Source: Felis catus
Lineage: Eukaryota
Assembly: GCF_018350175.1 (NCBI RefSeq)
Contig: NC_058369.1
Location: 9,114,001-9,178,000 of the forward strand
Direction of reading: 5' to 3'
DNA length: 64,000 nucleotides
Within the stretch, counting starts at the first letter, position 1, and every line of letters begins with the position of its first letter. The notes below the pieces were generated by a model. The model searched no databases. It was not told the DNA's origin and saw only the letters and a program-made list of their open reading frames with translations. Positions 43,494 to 61,812 of this stretch are shown piece by piece. Position numbers and translations under genes: made by a program.

Positions 43494-43694
43494 CTTTTTT
43501 TTAATATTTATTTTTGAGAGAGCGAGCATGAGCGAGGGGGGTGGGGCAGCACAGAGAGAGGGAGACAAAGAATCCAAAACAGGTTCCAGGCTCAGCCGTC
43601 AGCACAGAGCCCTACGCAGGGCTCGAACTCCTACACTGCAAGATCGTGACCTGAGCCATTGGGTGCATAACCAACTGAGCCACCCAGGAGCCCC
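43494..43694 (-). mobile_element. CanSINE
   Basis: Antisense SINEC. Confidence 0.9.
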
Positions 43695-44799
43695 TTAACC
43701 ACGTTGTAGAAGTCTCAGCTGGTGTTAAAAGCTATTCCTTTTATAATCATGAATATAGGTTCAAGGGTGGTAAATACTTTGCTGGTGGTCTTTAAATTCT
43801 TGGAGGGAAAGAGATGGTCCCGTGGGAGGGATGGTACAGAGATGACAGGTCAACGAAGTCTAGGCCTCTGAGGCTCTCCTAGGCCCATCTCTTGTTGGGG
43901 ACCACAAGGCTGTCACTGAAGTCCTGTAAGTAGGCTGGAGCTCATGTCCCTTGTTGCAGGGGAGAGGCAAGAAGTCCTCGACAGCTTGGCCTGTGGTGGA
44001 AACATCTAGGCTTGGTGTGCCGTAGAGGAGAAAAACATCAGGACCTTGTTACAGTTGAGCAATGCGTGAGGTATCTGGTAACTGCCTGGTGCTGCGCTTG
44101 GGTTGAGTGCTTGGAAACTGAAGAGCAGGTTTGGAGGCAGGAAATGATTCAGGGTGGGAAGGCCACCTAGTAACTGGGAGATAAACCCAACCTTGCTTCC
44201 AACCAGTCCCACAAAACACCGTATTCAGCTTAGGCTAAGCCATCCTTCAAGTCCACATTCATTGGATGGTTCACCATGCTTTACCCTACTGTGTTCTGTG
44301 GTCCAGCCCCACCCCTCTGGGGGGCCTCTAGAATTGATGTATCCAGGAAAAGTTGGTGGAGAGATTCTGTATTCAGTGTAGGGAGGCCTTGAAAGGTGAA
44401 AGTTTACTTAAATAATTGGGTCAGACTGGGGATACTGGGGTGAACAAAGTGGTCAGGGAAGGAGGAAGAGACAGATGGGGCACCCAGGAACTAGTACTGT
44501 AGGTTCATTCCCAAAATCCAACTCTCCCTCAGTAACGAATGAGGTCACAAAATGCCAGTCGTTCCTGTTTCCGCAGCCAGATGTGGTTTCTCGAATTTTT
44601 ATTTAATTGTTGGTGACCTTTGGAGTATTTTTTCCAGCCCTGAGTAAGGGTTCCTGTGAGGGTGGCCAGACCAGAATTAAAACTCATTTGGAAGACAAAA
44701 ATGAAGTTTTTATGGAAGAGATATAAATATCCAGAAGTACATGAAAAACTGTTCAATGTAATCAACAAACTCATAGGAGCCACGAAAGTGGGGTCGTCG

Positions 44800-45130
44800 G
44801 AGCCATTTTGTGGCTGTATGACGTCACCGCTAACGGGCATGGCGTCACTCGCAGGAAACCACGTGACGTTATGCGTGCTGACTGAGAAGCGGCTCGCCCC
44901 GACCCCAGGCGCAGACTGTAGTCTGCGCATGCCTGGCCAAAGGGCTCTCTCTTGCGCATGCCTACCAAGGCTAAGGGGGCGCGCGCAGGTCACGTGCTCT
45001 GGTGGTCGGCGCGCGCACCGCCTGCCCCGGAAGCGGTCGGCTCGCGGCGCGGCTGGGCGCTAAGATGGCGGCGGCGTGAGTTGCATGTTGTGTGAGGATC
45101 CCGGGGCCGCCGCGTCGCTCGGGCCCTGCC
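44800..45130 (+). promoter_or_regulatory. RAD23A: RAD23A CpG promoter/5' leader: CRE, E-boxes, NRF1 x2, ETS, YY1
   Basis: TGACGTCA 44819-44826; CACGTG 44860-44865 and 44991-44996; TGCGCATGCC 44924-44933 and 44953-44962; CCGGAAGC 45027-45034; AAGATGGCGGC 45062-45072. Confidence 0.8.
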
Positions 45131-50614
<5,484 letters not shown>

Positions 50615-51255
50615 TGCAGGGAGGCCAGGCCACCCCCCCCCACCTCCCCACCCCCCAGCTCCAAAAAGTTTTATAAAAGAAAAAAATATATATATATTCA
50701 TGTTTATTTAAGAAGTGGAAAAAAAAAATCAAAAACCTTAAAAAAAAAAAAAAACCAACTTCCCACCCTCCCAAAGTGGCTCCTGTTCCCATCTTGGCCT
50801 GAGAAGACCCAGGCCAGACAGCTGTCCCTGATCCCCCGCCCCAGCCCTGCCTGCTCCAAGAAACTGGCAGGACTGGAGGCGACAGATGGGCCCCTCTTGG
50901 CCTCTGTCCCAGCTCCCTGCGGCCAGATGGAGAGGCGGCTGCCTGCTTCCCCCTCCCCCAAAGAGCCCCTGAGACCTCCCCCCCGCCCGCCTTCTTCCAG
51001 GGTGAGGGGAAGCTGGAGCCCCAAACTTTGATCCTCCATAGGAGTGGCCCAACCTTTCCATCTCGGGTGAGCACCTTGGGAGGCCTAAGGATCCCTTCCC
51101 TAGTCTGGCCTTGGCCTCTGGCCTGCATCCCTTTGCTGGGGAGGAGGAGGCCTGGCTTGTCCTGCCTGGGGAGGGGGTAACATCAGAGCTGCTTCGGAGG
51201 TCGAGGCCACCCCCACCCCAGGACAGAACGTGTCTCTGATAAAGGTTTTGAAGCG

Positions 51256-51261
51256 AATAAA
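51256..51261 (+). terminator. RAD23A: RAD23A polyadenylation signal AATAAA
   Basis: AATAAA followed by GT-rich tgtggtgtgtg. Confidence 0.8.
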
Positions 51262-51807
51262 GTTTTAAACGCTAGTCCTGTGGTGTGTGCCTACTGGGGC
51301 TTCCTACTCTGGCTCATCTGGGTCCGGGGGCCGGTTGGGCACAGGTGATACAGCGGTGCCAAGAAGGGGCAGTGGTCTGTCAGCCTCTGCAGACTGGGGC
51401 TCCCCGTCTCCACACCCTCCTTTGAGGCCAGCTCGTTCCCAGGCAGTGGGCCCCAGCCCCAATTTAGCGTTGGAAGGGCTGCTTCTCCCTGCCCCCCCCA
51501 CCATCAGCACCACAGTCTGTTTTGGCTACACTTCCCCCCTTAGTAATTGGCTAATTACTGGAGATTAATGTTGGTAAACAGAAGCCTTCTTCTCCTCTGC
51601 CATCTGCTCCTCCATTATTTCCCCACTGCGTCTCTCTTTCTCCCCCTGAAGCCTGAGCTAGCAGGGCCCAGAGTCCCCGAGTGAGCAGAGCCAGGAAAGG
51701 TGGGGGATTCCCTGGCCCCAGGTGTTGGGAAGGAACCAGGGGGCCCAGGGGGGGGGCCTGATGAGAGAGGAGGACAAAATCAGGGGTGGGGCCATCAGGC
51801 GGCAGGT

Positions 51808-51813
51808 TTTATT
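51808..51813 (-). terminator. GADD45GIP1: GADD45GIP1 polyadenylation signal AATAAA
   Basis: TTTATT 13 nt beyond the stop codon. Confidence 0.75.
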
Positions 51814-51826
51814 GGGAGAAGACCAG

Positions 51827-53980
51827 TCAGGAACCGGGGGCCCCGGAGGTTGCTGGGTCTTCGGCTGTGGCAGCGGCCAGCGCAGCAGCTCGTGCCTCCT
51901 TCTTCTGTCTTTGTTTCTCCTCCTTGAGGCGTTTGCGCTGCTGCTTCTCCAGGTCCTGCAGCAGCTCCTGGAAGCGGGCGCTCCTCGGGTCCACGTGGTA
52001 GCCCAGGCGCTCCTGGGCCTCGGCCTGCAGTTGGGCCCGCCGCCCCTTGTCCGCCTGCTCCTTCTCCCTGCGCTCCTGCTGCTGCCGCCGCCAGCTCTCG
52101 ATCATCTGTGGCATCTTGGCCATGCACTCGGCGATGAGCTGCTCCCTGCAGGGGAGGGCGGGGCGGTGAGAACAGGGCGGCCCGGCCAGAAGTGGAGGCC
52201 AGAAGAGGAGCACCCGTCTACCCACAGCCCACCCCCTGGTCTGCCCACAGCGACTTCCCCGCGGAGATGAAAAACTGGGAAGACTCGGTGGTCGTGAAAA
52301 CTGTCAGGAAAAATCCTTGACAACTGAAGTAACGGGCAGGAGAGAGGAACTAACTTGTGCGTGACCTTGAGCACAAGAGAGCCAGATCCCCCGGACCCCC
52401 AGGAGGAGACCCAGAGTCAGCTGAGCATTTCACTGAGCCGTCCCAGAGCCACACACCGTACGGCCATTCCCACAGCGCCTTCCTCCTACAGACATCACTT
52501 GAGCACCTGCTGTATGCCAGGCCCAGCTGTAGAGGCAAGAAATGGACTGGACCTTTCCCTCCGATCCTATGAGTAGTTGTGAGGCACGGCCCCATTTTAT
52601 TTTATTGGTTTGTTTTTTAAGAAACCCAAGGTGGCTATATTAATACCAGATTAAGTAGATTTCAACATCAGGAATATTATCAGAGATGAAAAATAATGAC
52701 ATGGGCGCCCGGTGGCTCAGCTGGTTAAGCGGCACAGCCCCATTTTAAAGATTAGGGACGTGAAGGTGAAAGATCTGAAGCCTGATGGCAGGGTTATCCC
52801 GCTGGGATGGGGTACCGCCTGGGATTCACATTCTAGATCCACCGTTCAATGCGTGGGTGACTGGACAAGTGATTCCAAATTTCCAAGCTTCGGTTTCTCA
52901 TCTCTAAAATGAAGGTGATCCCCTCTTCCTCTTAGAGCTATTGTGAGGACAAGAACAATGAAAACCAGGAACATGCCTGGCCTGGTCCTCCAACTTGCCT
53001 GCCCACTCCCTCTGGGAACTGGTACCGTCCTGATGCCCCTGGTCTTGCATTCTTCAAGTCTTCTTCAGGGTTGTCTCCAAGTCTGACCTCTGCCCTTGAC
53101 TGCAGGCCCCATCACCTCCCCCTCTTCCCCAGTCACACTGACCTCCTGGCAGTTCTTAAAGCATATTCCTACCTCAGGGCCTTTGCACCAGCTGTTCCCA
53201 GTACCAGTAACACTCTCCCAACGATCTCCCCACGGCTATGTCTGGCCACTCAAGTCTCAAGTCCTCAGAGCCCGAGGTTCGAGGTCTTGCAAGCCAAAGT
53301 CGCTCTCCAAGGCACACTTTTAACTCAATTTTATCTCTCTTCCTCATGGTTCTCTGCTCCCCCCTGAAATTATCTTGTTTTGTTCTCGGCTCTGTGCCCG
53401 GCACCTGGGACAAGGCCTTACACAGGAGGCCCTCAGTAAAGATTTGATGAGTGGCTAAACGAATTGTTACTCAAAAATCTGTTTTGTAGCTAGGTGAGCA
53501 TACAGGTAAATCTACGTACAGCACGCAAACCCCCCTGCGATGGACGCTGGATAGAGTTAAGCACCGTGCACAACAGTTCATCCCGCAGAGGGCACAGCCC
53601 GCAGCCCCGCGCCCACCCCACCGCACCCACCTGGCCTGACGCTTCTGCTCCTCCGCCAGCCGCTGCACCCGCAGCGACTCCTGCATGGCCGCCAGGCTCG
53701 GGCACCATTCGCGCTCCTCGGCCTCCAGCTCGCGGAGCTGCTCCCGCGAGGGCCACAGCGAACCGGCGGCCACCCCGGAGGCGGCGCCGTGCCGCGCGAA
53801 CTGCTTGGCCGCGTAGCGCGGCCCTAGCTGCCAGCGTGGGGTCAGTGGGTCGTCCGGGTCCGGCCACCAGGGCCCTGGCGAGCGGCGTGGGGGCGGCGGC
53901 GCCCGGTAGTCCCGGGACCCCCGGCCCAGGGTCGTCGCCAGCCCTAGCAGGCTGCGCGCCCGCCGCACGGACGCCGCCAT
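51827..53980 (-). CDS. GADD45GIP1: GADD45G-interacting protein 1 / CRIF1 / mitoribosomal mL64 (222 aa), 2 exons
   Basis: Exon 1 53980-53631 ([15 protein letters not shown]...[23 protein letters not shown]...LWPS...) and exon 2 52145-51827 ([15 protein letters not shown]...[20 protein letters not shown]...); total 669 nt. Confidence 0.97.
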
Positions 53981-54139
53981 CTTGGCTGTGCGGGGTCCTC
54001 GCGGGCCGGCCGGGCTGGCCACAACACTGCCTGCGCGCGAGGTCCGGAGACGGGCTGGGCGGGGCGAGGGGGAGTCCCCGTGGCCCCAGCTCCCGGCTGG
54101 GGAGAGGAGGGGGTAAAAAGTTTTTTATCCGTCTTCAAG

Positions 54140-54474
54140 TATAGTTTAGAATTTTTTTTTTACCAGTTATTTATTAAAATCGCATTATATTTTCATTTTA
54201 TATTCTTAAAGTAGCATTTGATTTTTCATTTTACAATGTAAATATGAAATGTTTAAAAACTTAAATATGACTTCCATGTGAAGTTTAAACTACATATTTA
54301 TATTTTAAATATTTAGAGTCTATTTAAGGTATTCGTTAAAATGTTTAAATTTCATCTTAAATACTTAAATATTGTTCATAACATTAAATATTTGTTGTGC
54401 TTCATTTTATGCTTTAAATTTGATTTTGACTATTTCAGGATTTTTATTTATTTATTTTTTAATGATTATTTATT

Positions 54475-54511
<37 letters not shown>

Positions 54512-54925
54512 GCGGGGAAGGTGAACAGGGGAGGGGCAGAGACAGGGGGAAACACAGAATCCAAAGCAGGCTCCAGGCCCTGAGCTGTCAGCACAGAGCC
54601 CAGTGCAAGGGCTCAAACGCGGTAACTGTGAGGTTGTGACCTGAGCCGAAGTCCGATGCTTAACTGACTGAGCCACCCAGGTGCCCTCGAGATTTTTATT
54701 TTCAAGAATTATGTAAAACCTTACCTAGACAATTGTTTAAAATGTTTAAATTTCTATCTAAAACACTTATTTAAAGTTCTATGGTTATTTAAGACGTTTA
54801 TGTAGAAATTCGATCTTAAATTTTACTGTAAATATTTTGTTACTTTATGCCTTTTAATTTTTCATATTTAAAAAAATGTTTAAATTGGTTGATCAAGGTG
54901 CAGAAATTAAATACTACTTACACAA
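54140..54925. repeat. Extremely AT-rich low-complexity tract split by a CanSINE (54450-54686, -)
   Basis: Recurrent tttaaa/ttaaatat words directly after the GADD45GIP1 CpG island. Confidence 0.75.
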
Positions 54926-55399
54926 AAATTTTTTTAATGTTTTTGAGCTTTGAGAGAGAGAGACAGAGCACAAGCAGGGGAGGGGCAGAAAAAGCAGGAG
55001 ACACAGAATCCAAAGCAGGCTCCAGGCTCCGAGCTGTCAGCACAGAGCCTGACGCAGGGCTTGAACTCCTTAAGTGCAACAGCGTGACCTGAGCCGAAGT
55101 CGGACGCTCCACCGACTGAACCACCTAGGTGCCCCAACACTACTTTTTTTTTTTTTAATTTTTTTTTTCAACGTTTATTTATTTTGGGGACAGAAAGAGA
55201 CAGAGCATGAACGGGGGAGGGGCAGAGAGAGAGGGAGACACAGAATCGGAAACAGGCTCCAGGCTCCGAGCCATCAGTCTAGAGCCCGACGCGGGGCTCG
55301 AACTCACGGACCTTGAGATCGTGACCTGGCTGAAGTCGGACGCTTAACCGACTGCGCCCCCCAGGCGCCCCCCAACACTACTTTTTAAAAACAGGATTT

Positions 55400-55760
55400 C
55401 AATCTTCAAAAGGAAGGAAATGGGATGAAGAACATGGGTAAATCTGGAAGACATTATACTGAGTGAAATAAGCCAGTCACAAAAGAACATATATTGTGTG
55501 ATTCCACTTATATGAGGTCCTTTGGGGGAACCGCATCCGTAGAGACGGAAGGCAGAATGGTGGTTGGCAGGACAAAGAATGGGCGTTAGTTAGTGTTTAA
55601 GGGGGACGGAGTTTCTGTTTGAGAAGACGAAAAAATTCTGGAGCCGGAGAGTGGCAGTGGTTGCACAACAATGTCAATGCGCTTAATAGCACTGGACACG
55701 ACGCTTGAAAATGATTAAAATGGTATATTTTACGTTACGTGTATTTTATCACACACATGA
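55400..55760 (+). mobile_element. L1MB-like 3' end
   Basis: gaagacattatactgagtgaaataagccagtcacaaaag...tgattccacttatatgagg...ggttgcacaacaatg. Confidence 0.85.
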
Positions 55761-57234
55761 ATCGCAGTTTGCGCAGTGAACTGGGAAGCCTGGAGAAGAA
55801 CCCTAGCTCGTAACAGCGCCGGGTATGTATCAATCCCAAACCGGAAACAGCGGGTGCCTGAGTCCATTCACAGCAGAACGGAGACCTAGGTTTTGATGTT
55901 TCAACCAACAGAATACTACACAGGAATGCAAGCGCAGAGATTACAGCCGCCCACGGCAACGCGAGTGATTCCCAGGGACATCATTTGTAACAAGCAGGAC
56001 CCACGTGATTCCTGTTCACAAGGGGCTGTTTTTCGTTGTGCGAAGTTTTCACAAGTCATCCTTTTTGTGGAGAGCGGACAACCAGTGGTGTCATTAGGGA
56101 TGCGCACCTTGAGGGGTGACCGATGAAAGCAAGGCAGCAGCGATCATTCTGGAAGTCCAGGTGGGATACCTCTGGCGGGGACGAGGAGGCATCTGGTGGG
56201 TCACGTGGCAGGGTGGGAAGGGGAGGGGGCCGCTTCGTGACAGGTCATTGGGCTGGGCAGTCCTGTTCTGTTTGCTTTTCTCCAGATAGACTGGATTCAG
56301 GGTTCTTTCTTGGCTACAGTGACGCCTGAGTTATAAGTATTTTTTAAGCTGTGTATGTGTGGCTTGCATACTTTCCTGTAGATTTATTATATTTTGCAAG
56401 TGATAAAAACAAAAATACAAGCAACAGAAAGGATTGCAGTGAGCAGTCTTACGCCCACCTGTCTCCCATCTTCCGCTCCCCTGAGCTGCTTCCCCAGCTT
56501 GTGTCAGTTTCTAATGTATCCTAGAGCCTCGCTTTATGCATTGTCACTTATAGTGTTAACGAATTATTTCACGGGGACAGATGAGTACAGTCACATGCGT
56601 CATCACCCAGACTCAACAGATATGAACATTTGACTGGATCGCTTCAGATCTTTTATTTACTTACTTATTTAAATTTTTATTTATTTATTTAGAGACCGTG
56701 CGCAAGGGAGGGGCAGAGAGAGCGGGAGAGAGAGGATCCCAAGCAACCGGGATTGCTGACAGCTCCGTGGGGTCGGCCAAGAGCCCGAGGTGGGGCTTGA
56801 TCTCACGAACCATGAGATCACGACCTGAGCCAAAGTCAGGGACCCAACCGACTGAGCCACCCACGCACCCCATCATCATCACTTTATTTTTTTAATGTTT
56901 AAAAAATGTTTATTCGGGTTTTTTTGAGAGAGAGAGAGACAGAGCGTGAGTGGGGGGAGGGGGGGGGCAGAGAGAGACAGAGACGCAGAATCTGAAGGAG
57001 GCTCCAGGCTCTGAGCTGTCAGCACAGAGTTCAGCTCAGGGTTTGAACCCACAACCGTGAGATCATGACCTGAGCCAAAGTCAGATGCTTAACCGACTGA
57101 ACCACCCAGGTGCCCCATCAAAAAGTGTCCTATTTAGGGGGGCCTGGCTAGCTCAGTTGGTGGAGCATGCAACTCTTCATCTCCAGGTTGTGAGTTCGAG
57201 CTCCGTGTTGGGTGCAGAGATTATTTGAAAAAAG

Positions 57235-57680
57235 TAACAAAGTGTACTATTCAGTGTCTCCAAGCATATTCACATGGTTGGGCAACCCTTATCGCCATCC
57301 ATCCCTGGAATTGGTCATCTTGCAAAACAGAAACTGTCCCCGTTAAATACTAACTCCTCATTCCTCCCTCCCCCAGCCCCGGCACCCACCATTCTATTTC
57401 TGTCTCTTACGAATCTGACAACTCCAGGGATTTCATAGAAGTAGAATCATGTTATATTTGTCCTTTTGTGGCTGGTTTATTTTACGGAGCCTAATGTCCT
57501 CAACAACGTCCCCATTGTAGCATGTGTTAGAATTCCCTTCCTTTTTAAGACTGAATAATATCCCGGGGTATGTGTTTACCGCGTTTGGTCTGTTCATTCG
57601 TCCATCGACGTACCCTTGGGCTGCTTCCACCTTATGACTGCTGTGAATAACGTTCCCATGGACATGAATGTAAAGTGGTT
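57235..57680 (-). mobile_element. L1MB-like fragment, antisense
   Basis: ccccagccccggcacccaccattctatttctgtctc...ccttcctttttaagactgaataata...gggctgcttccacctt. Confidence 0.85.
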
Positions 57681-58029
57681 ATTTTTTAAAAAATTTTTTT
57701 AACGTTTATTTATTTTTGAGACAGAGACCGAGCATGAATGGGGGAGGGACAGAGAGAGAGGGAGACACAGAATCGGAAGCAGGCTCCAGGCTCTGAGCCA
57801 TCAGCCCAGAGCCCGACGCGGGGCTCGAACTCACAGACCGAGAGATCGTGACCTGAGCTGAAGTCGGGCGCTTAACCGACTGAGCCACCCAGACGCCCCT
57901 CGAGTGGTTATTTTTAATAGGAAAAAAAAAAAAAGAGTAGAAGAAAAATACCAGATTGTATCACATGTAGTAAGGGTAAGTATCCTCCGGTAAAAGAAAA
58001 CTTTCTGCCACATATACGTATATGGATAG

Positions 58030-58760
58030 ACTAATGTTCCAGTCGTGATCGCTGCTAACAAACCCGGCCCCAAACCGCCGTTTTGATTATGCTCAAAGAG
58101 TGTTATAGATCAGGAATTTGGGCGGAGCCCAGTGGGGAGGGCTTGTCTCCGTTCCATGTTTTCTGCGGCCCTCGCTGGGGAGAATTTGAAGTTGAATGAC
58201 CTGATGCCTAGCCTCCAGAATCTTCGGCAGGCATCTTCCTTCCTCCATGTCTCATTATTGACGCCAGCTGATGTCTCAGCTGGGCCGTTGGGCGGAGTAT
58301 CGTCTGCATAGCGGTTTCTCCGTGTGAGCCAATTTGGGCCGCTTCACAACGTGGTAGCCGGGTCCCAAGTGAACAAGGCCGAAGTGCGTGGCATTTTTAT
58401 GACTGAGTTTCAGAAATCACATGACATGGGGCGCCTGGGTGGCTCAGTCAGTTAGGCATCCAACTTTGGCGCAGGTCATGATCTCTCGGTTCGTGAGTTC
58501 GAGCCCCGCGTCAGGCTCTGGGCTGCCGGCTGGGAGCCCGGAGCCTGCTTCGGATTCTGTGTCTCCGTCTCTCTCTCTGTCCCTCCCCCACTCATGCTCT
58601 GTCTCTCTCTCTCTCTCTCTCTCAAAAATAAATGTTAAAAAAAAAAAAAAAGTCACATGACATCATTTCTGTTTGATTCTATTGGTGGAGCCAGTCACAA
58701 AGTCTGGGTTTGAAACCCCTAGGTTCAAGGGGAGGGATCAAAGACTTTGTCATGCAATCA
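58030..58760. mobile_element. ERVL-type LTR relic (MER21/MER77-like), interrupted by a CanSINE
   Basis: caggaatttgggcggagcccagtggggagggcttgtctc...ctcagctggg...cttcacaacgtggtagccggg...ttctattggtggagccagtcacaaag. The family name is from memory. Confidence 0.55.
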
Positions 58761-60840
58761 AACGATTTTCTTTTTTTTTTCTTTTTTTTTTCAACGTTTA
58801 TTTATTTTTGGGACAGAGAGAGACAGAGCATGAACGGGGGAGGGGCAGAGAGAGAGGGAGACACAGAATCAGAAACAGGCTCCAGGCTCTGAGCCATCAG
58901 CCCAGAGCCTGACGCGGGGCTTGAACTCACGGACGCGAGATCGTGACCTGGCTGAAGTCGGACGCTTAACAGACTGCGCCACCCAGGCGCCCCAACAATC
59001 AAACGATTTTCAAGGTCACATACAAAAGATTGTATGTAGAGCACAGAGGATGGGGCATATCGTTGAGGTCTCTTTGGAAAATATAATCTGCTTCTGGTTC
59101 ACAGTATAAAGTATGTGTCTTATTTAAAAAAAAATTTTTTTTAATGTTTATTTTTATTTTTAAGATAGAGAAAGAGCATGAATGGGAGAGGGTCAGAGAG
59201 AGGGAGACAGAATCTAAAGCAGGCTTCAGGCTCCAAGCTGTCAGCACAGAGCCCGACGCGGGGCTTGAACTCACGGACCGTGAGATCATGACCTGAGCCG
59301 AAGTCTGACGCTTAACCGACTGACCCATCCAGGCGCCCCAATTCTTTTTTCTTAATGTTTACTTATTTTGAGAGAGTGTGCGTGAGTCAGGGAGAGGCAG
59401 AGAGAGAGAGAGAATCCCAAGCAGGCTTTGTGCTGTCAGTGAATACCCCGACAGGGGGCTCAAGCTCACAAAACTGTGAGATCATGACCTGAGCCAAAAT
59501 CGACAGTCAGGCGCTTAACTGACTGAGCCATCCAGGCTCCTTGAAGTATATTTCTCACTGAGCGTAGTGGTTAAAAAAAAAAAAAAAAACAGTTAAAAAA
59601 AAATCTGTGCTCCATATCGTTCATGGTAGGAATAAACTATAATTATTACAGCAGGCTCTTTTGATGGACGTTTGTTTCCAATTTTTCTTGACTGCAGAAA
59701 TAATCCTGCAGTGAGCCTCCCTATCTGTGTTCCCCTGTGCCCACGAGGAGGTTTCCCTGAAGTGCCCAAGAAATCCAAGACTTTCCCCACGATTTGCCAA
59801 GGGACATATGGCTACTGTGGTTGAGGTCCAGTGAACGAAGGGGGTTGGGGAAGGAGGTGCAGTGAAGAGTGATAGGCAAGGGCCAGCCCTGCGGGCATTA
59901 TAGGCCATGGTGAGGAATATGGTTTATTCCAAGGGCAATGGGGAGCCATGGGAAGTCTTTGAGCCGAGGAGAGATGGATATGATTTATAGTTCTCCTCTG
60001 GCTGCTGAGAAGAAAAGACATTGAGTGGAGCAACATGGAGAAGCAGGAAGACCCATTAGGTGGCAGAAGAGGCCACATGGTCCCAGACCCGCACTGGCCT
60101 CAGGGCCTTTGCATCACCTCTGTTGTTTCTATGCCTAGAACTGTCTCCCAAGATCTTTATATGGTGGGCTCTTTCTTGTCATGCAGGTTTAACTCAGTGG
60201 TCACCTTTTCTACTTCCTGAACCTTTGAAGAGACAGGTAATGAAGTATAACTGGTCTTTGACCTCAAAGTCAAAGACAAGCTCACAGTCTTGTGGGTGAG
60301 ACGCACAAATAACTACAATGGTGAAAGAGGAAGGAAGTCCCCACAATGGTGCAGGATTTCTGAACAGCAGTTTCCTACCAGGTCAGGAGGTTTCGGATCC
60401 ACTCTGGGAAACATCAGCTTAGAAGTTAAGAGCAGGCACTTTGACGACAAACTAGCTTCCCCACCCCCATTGCTGGCCAGGGCTTTGCACACAGCAGCGG
60501 CCAAATGGCACAGGCCGGAGGGAGGGAGGGTGGGATGGGGGGGAAGGAGCAAGGGGGAAAGAAGGGGTAAGGCTTCTGAGGGTAGGTCTTAAAAAAAAAA
60601 AAAAATTAAGCTTTACTTTTTTTTTTTTTTAATTTTTTTTCAACGTTTATTTATTTTTGGAACAGAGAGAGACAGAGCATGAACGGGGGAGGGGCAGAGA
60701 GAGAGGGAGACACAGAATCGGAAACAGGCTCCAGGCTCTGAGCCATCAGCCCAGAGCCTGACGCGGGGCTCGAACTCACGGACCGCGAGATCGTGACCTG
60801 GCTGAAGTCGGAGGCTTAACCGACTGCGCCACCCAGGCGC

Positions 60841-60877
<37 letters not shown>

Positions 60878-61129
60878 CTTTACTTATTTTTGAGAGACAG
60901 ACAGACAGACAGACAGAGCATGAGTGGGGGAGGAGCAGAGAGAGGGAGACACAGGATCGGAAACAGGCTCCAGGCTCTGAGCCATCAACCCAGAGCCCAA
61001 CGCGGGGCTGGAACGCACGAACCACGTGATCATGCCCTGAGCCGAAGTCCGACTCTCAACAGACTGAGCCACCCAGGGGCCCGCCCCCTGCGGGCAGGTC
61101 TTAAGTTGAAATTTTAATTTACATTTAAA

Positions 61130-61812
61130 TTAAGATTTACACAGCATACAATCAATCATGTGCAGTGAACACTCCAGTGGCATTTAGTACATTCACAATA
61201 TCGAGCAACCAGTACCGCTATCTAGTTCTAGAGCATTCCCATCGCCCCAGAAGGAAACTCCATACCCATGAACAGTCACTCCCCAGTCCCCCCTCCCATC
61301 AGTTCCTGGCAACCAGTAAACTCCTTTCTGTCTCTCTGGATTTGCCTAATTCTGGACATTTCATATAAATGGAGCCGTTTGTGACAATTTGTGTCTGGAT
61401 TCTTCATTTGCAGGTTTTGTAACATGTACATTTGCATATTGTAACATGTATCAGTCCTTGTTGGACTGAGTCACGTCCCGCCGAGATTCACATGTCAAAG
61501 TGCCACCTGCCAGTACCTCAGAATGTGACCACATTTAGAAGTAAGATCTCTAAAAAAGTAATTCAGGGGCGCCTGGGTGGCGCAGTCGGTTAAGCGTCCG
61601 ACTTCAGCCAGGTCACGATCTCACGGTCCGTGAGTTCGAGCCCCGCGTCGGGCTCTGGGCTGATGGCTCAGAGCCTGGAGCCTGTTTCCGATTCTGTGTC
61701 TCCCTCTCTCTCTGCCCCTCCCCCGTTCATGCTCTGTCTCTCTCTGTCCCAAAAATAAATAAACGTTGAAAAAAAAATTAAAAAAAAAAAAAGTAATTCA
61801 AATGAGGTCATT
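61130..61812. mobile_element. Antisense L1M fragment (61130-61450) and MaLR (MLT1-like) LTR fragment (61455-61812) split by a young SINE
   Basis: gtggcatttagtacattcacaata...tctctggatttgcctaattctggacatttcatataaatgg; cagtacctcagaatgtgacc...aaatgaggtcattagg. Confidence 0.7.

Noticed and set aside
52043-52045. GADD45GIP1 Gly (GGG) where I recall Glu in human (DKERR)
   Set aside because: It is a single-base difference that could be a polymorphism or sequencing error; no support for significance.
53494-54144. Long ORFs antisense to or overlapping CpG islands (also 4376-5020, 23114-24008, 35419-35991, 50466-51128)
   Set aside because: Stop codons are rare in GC-rich DNA; these are shadows of real genes with low-complexity translations.
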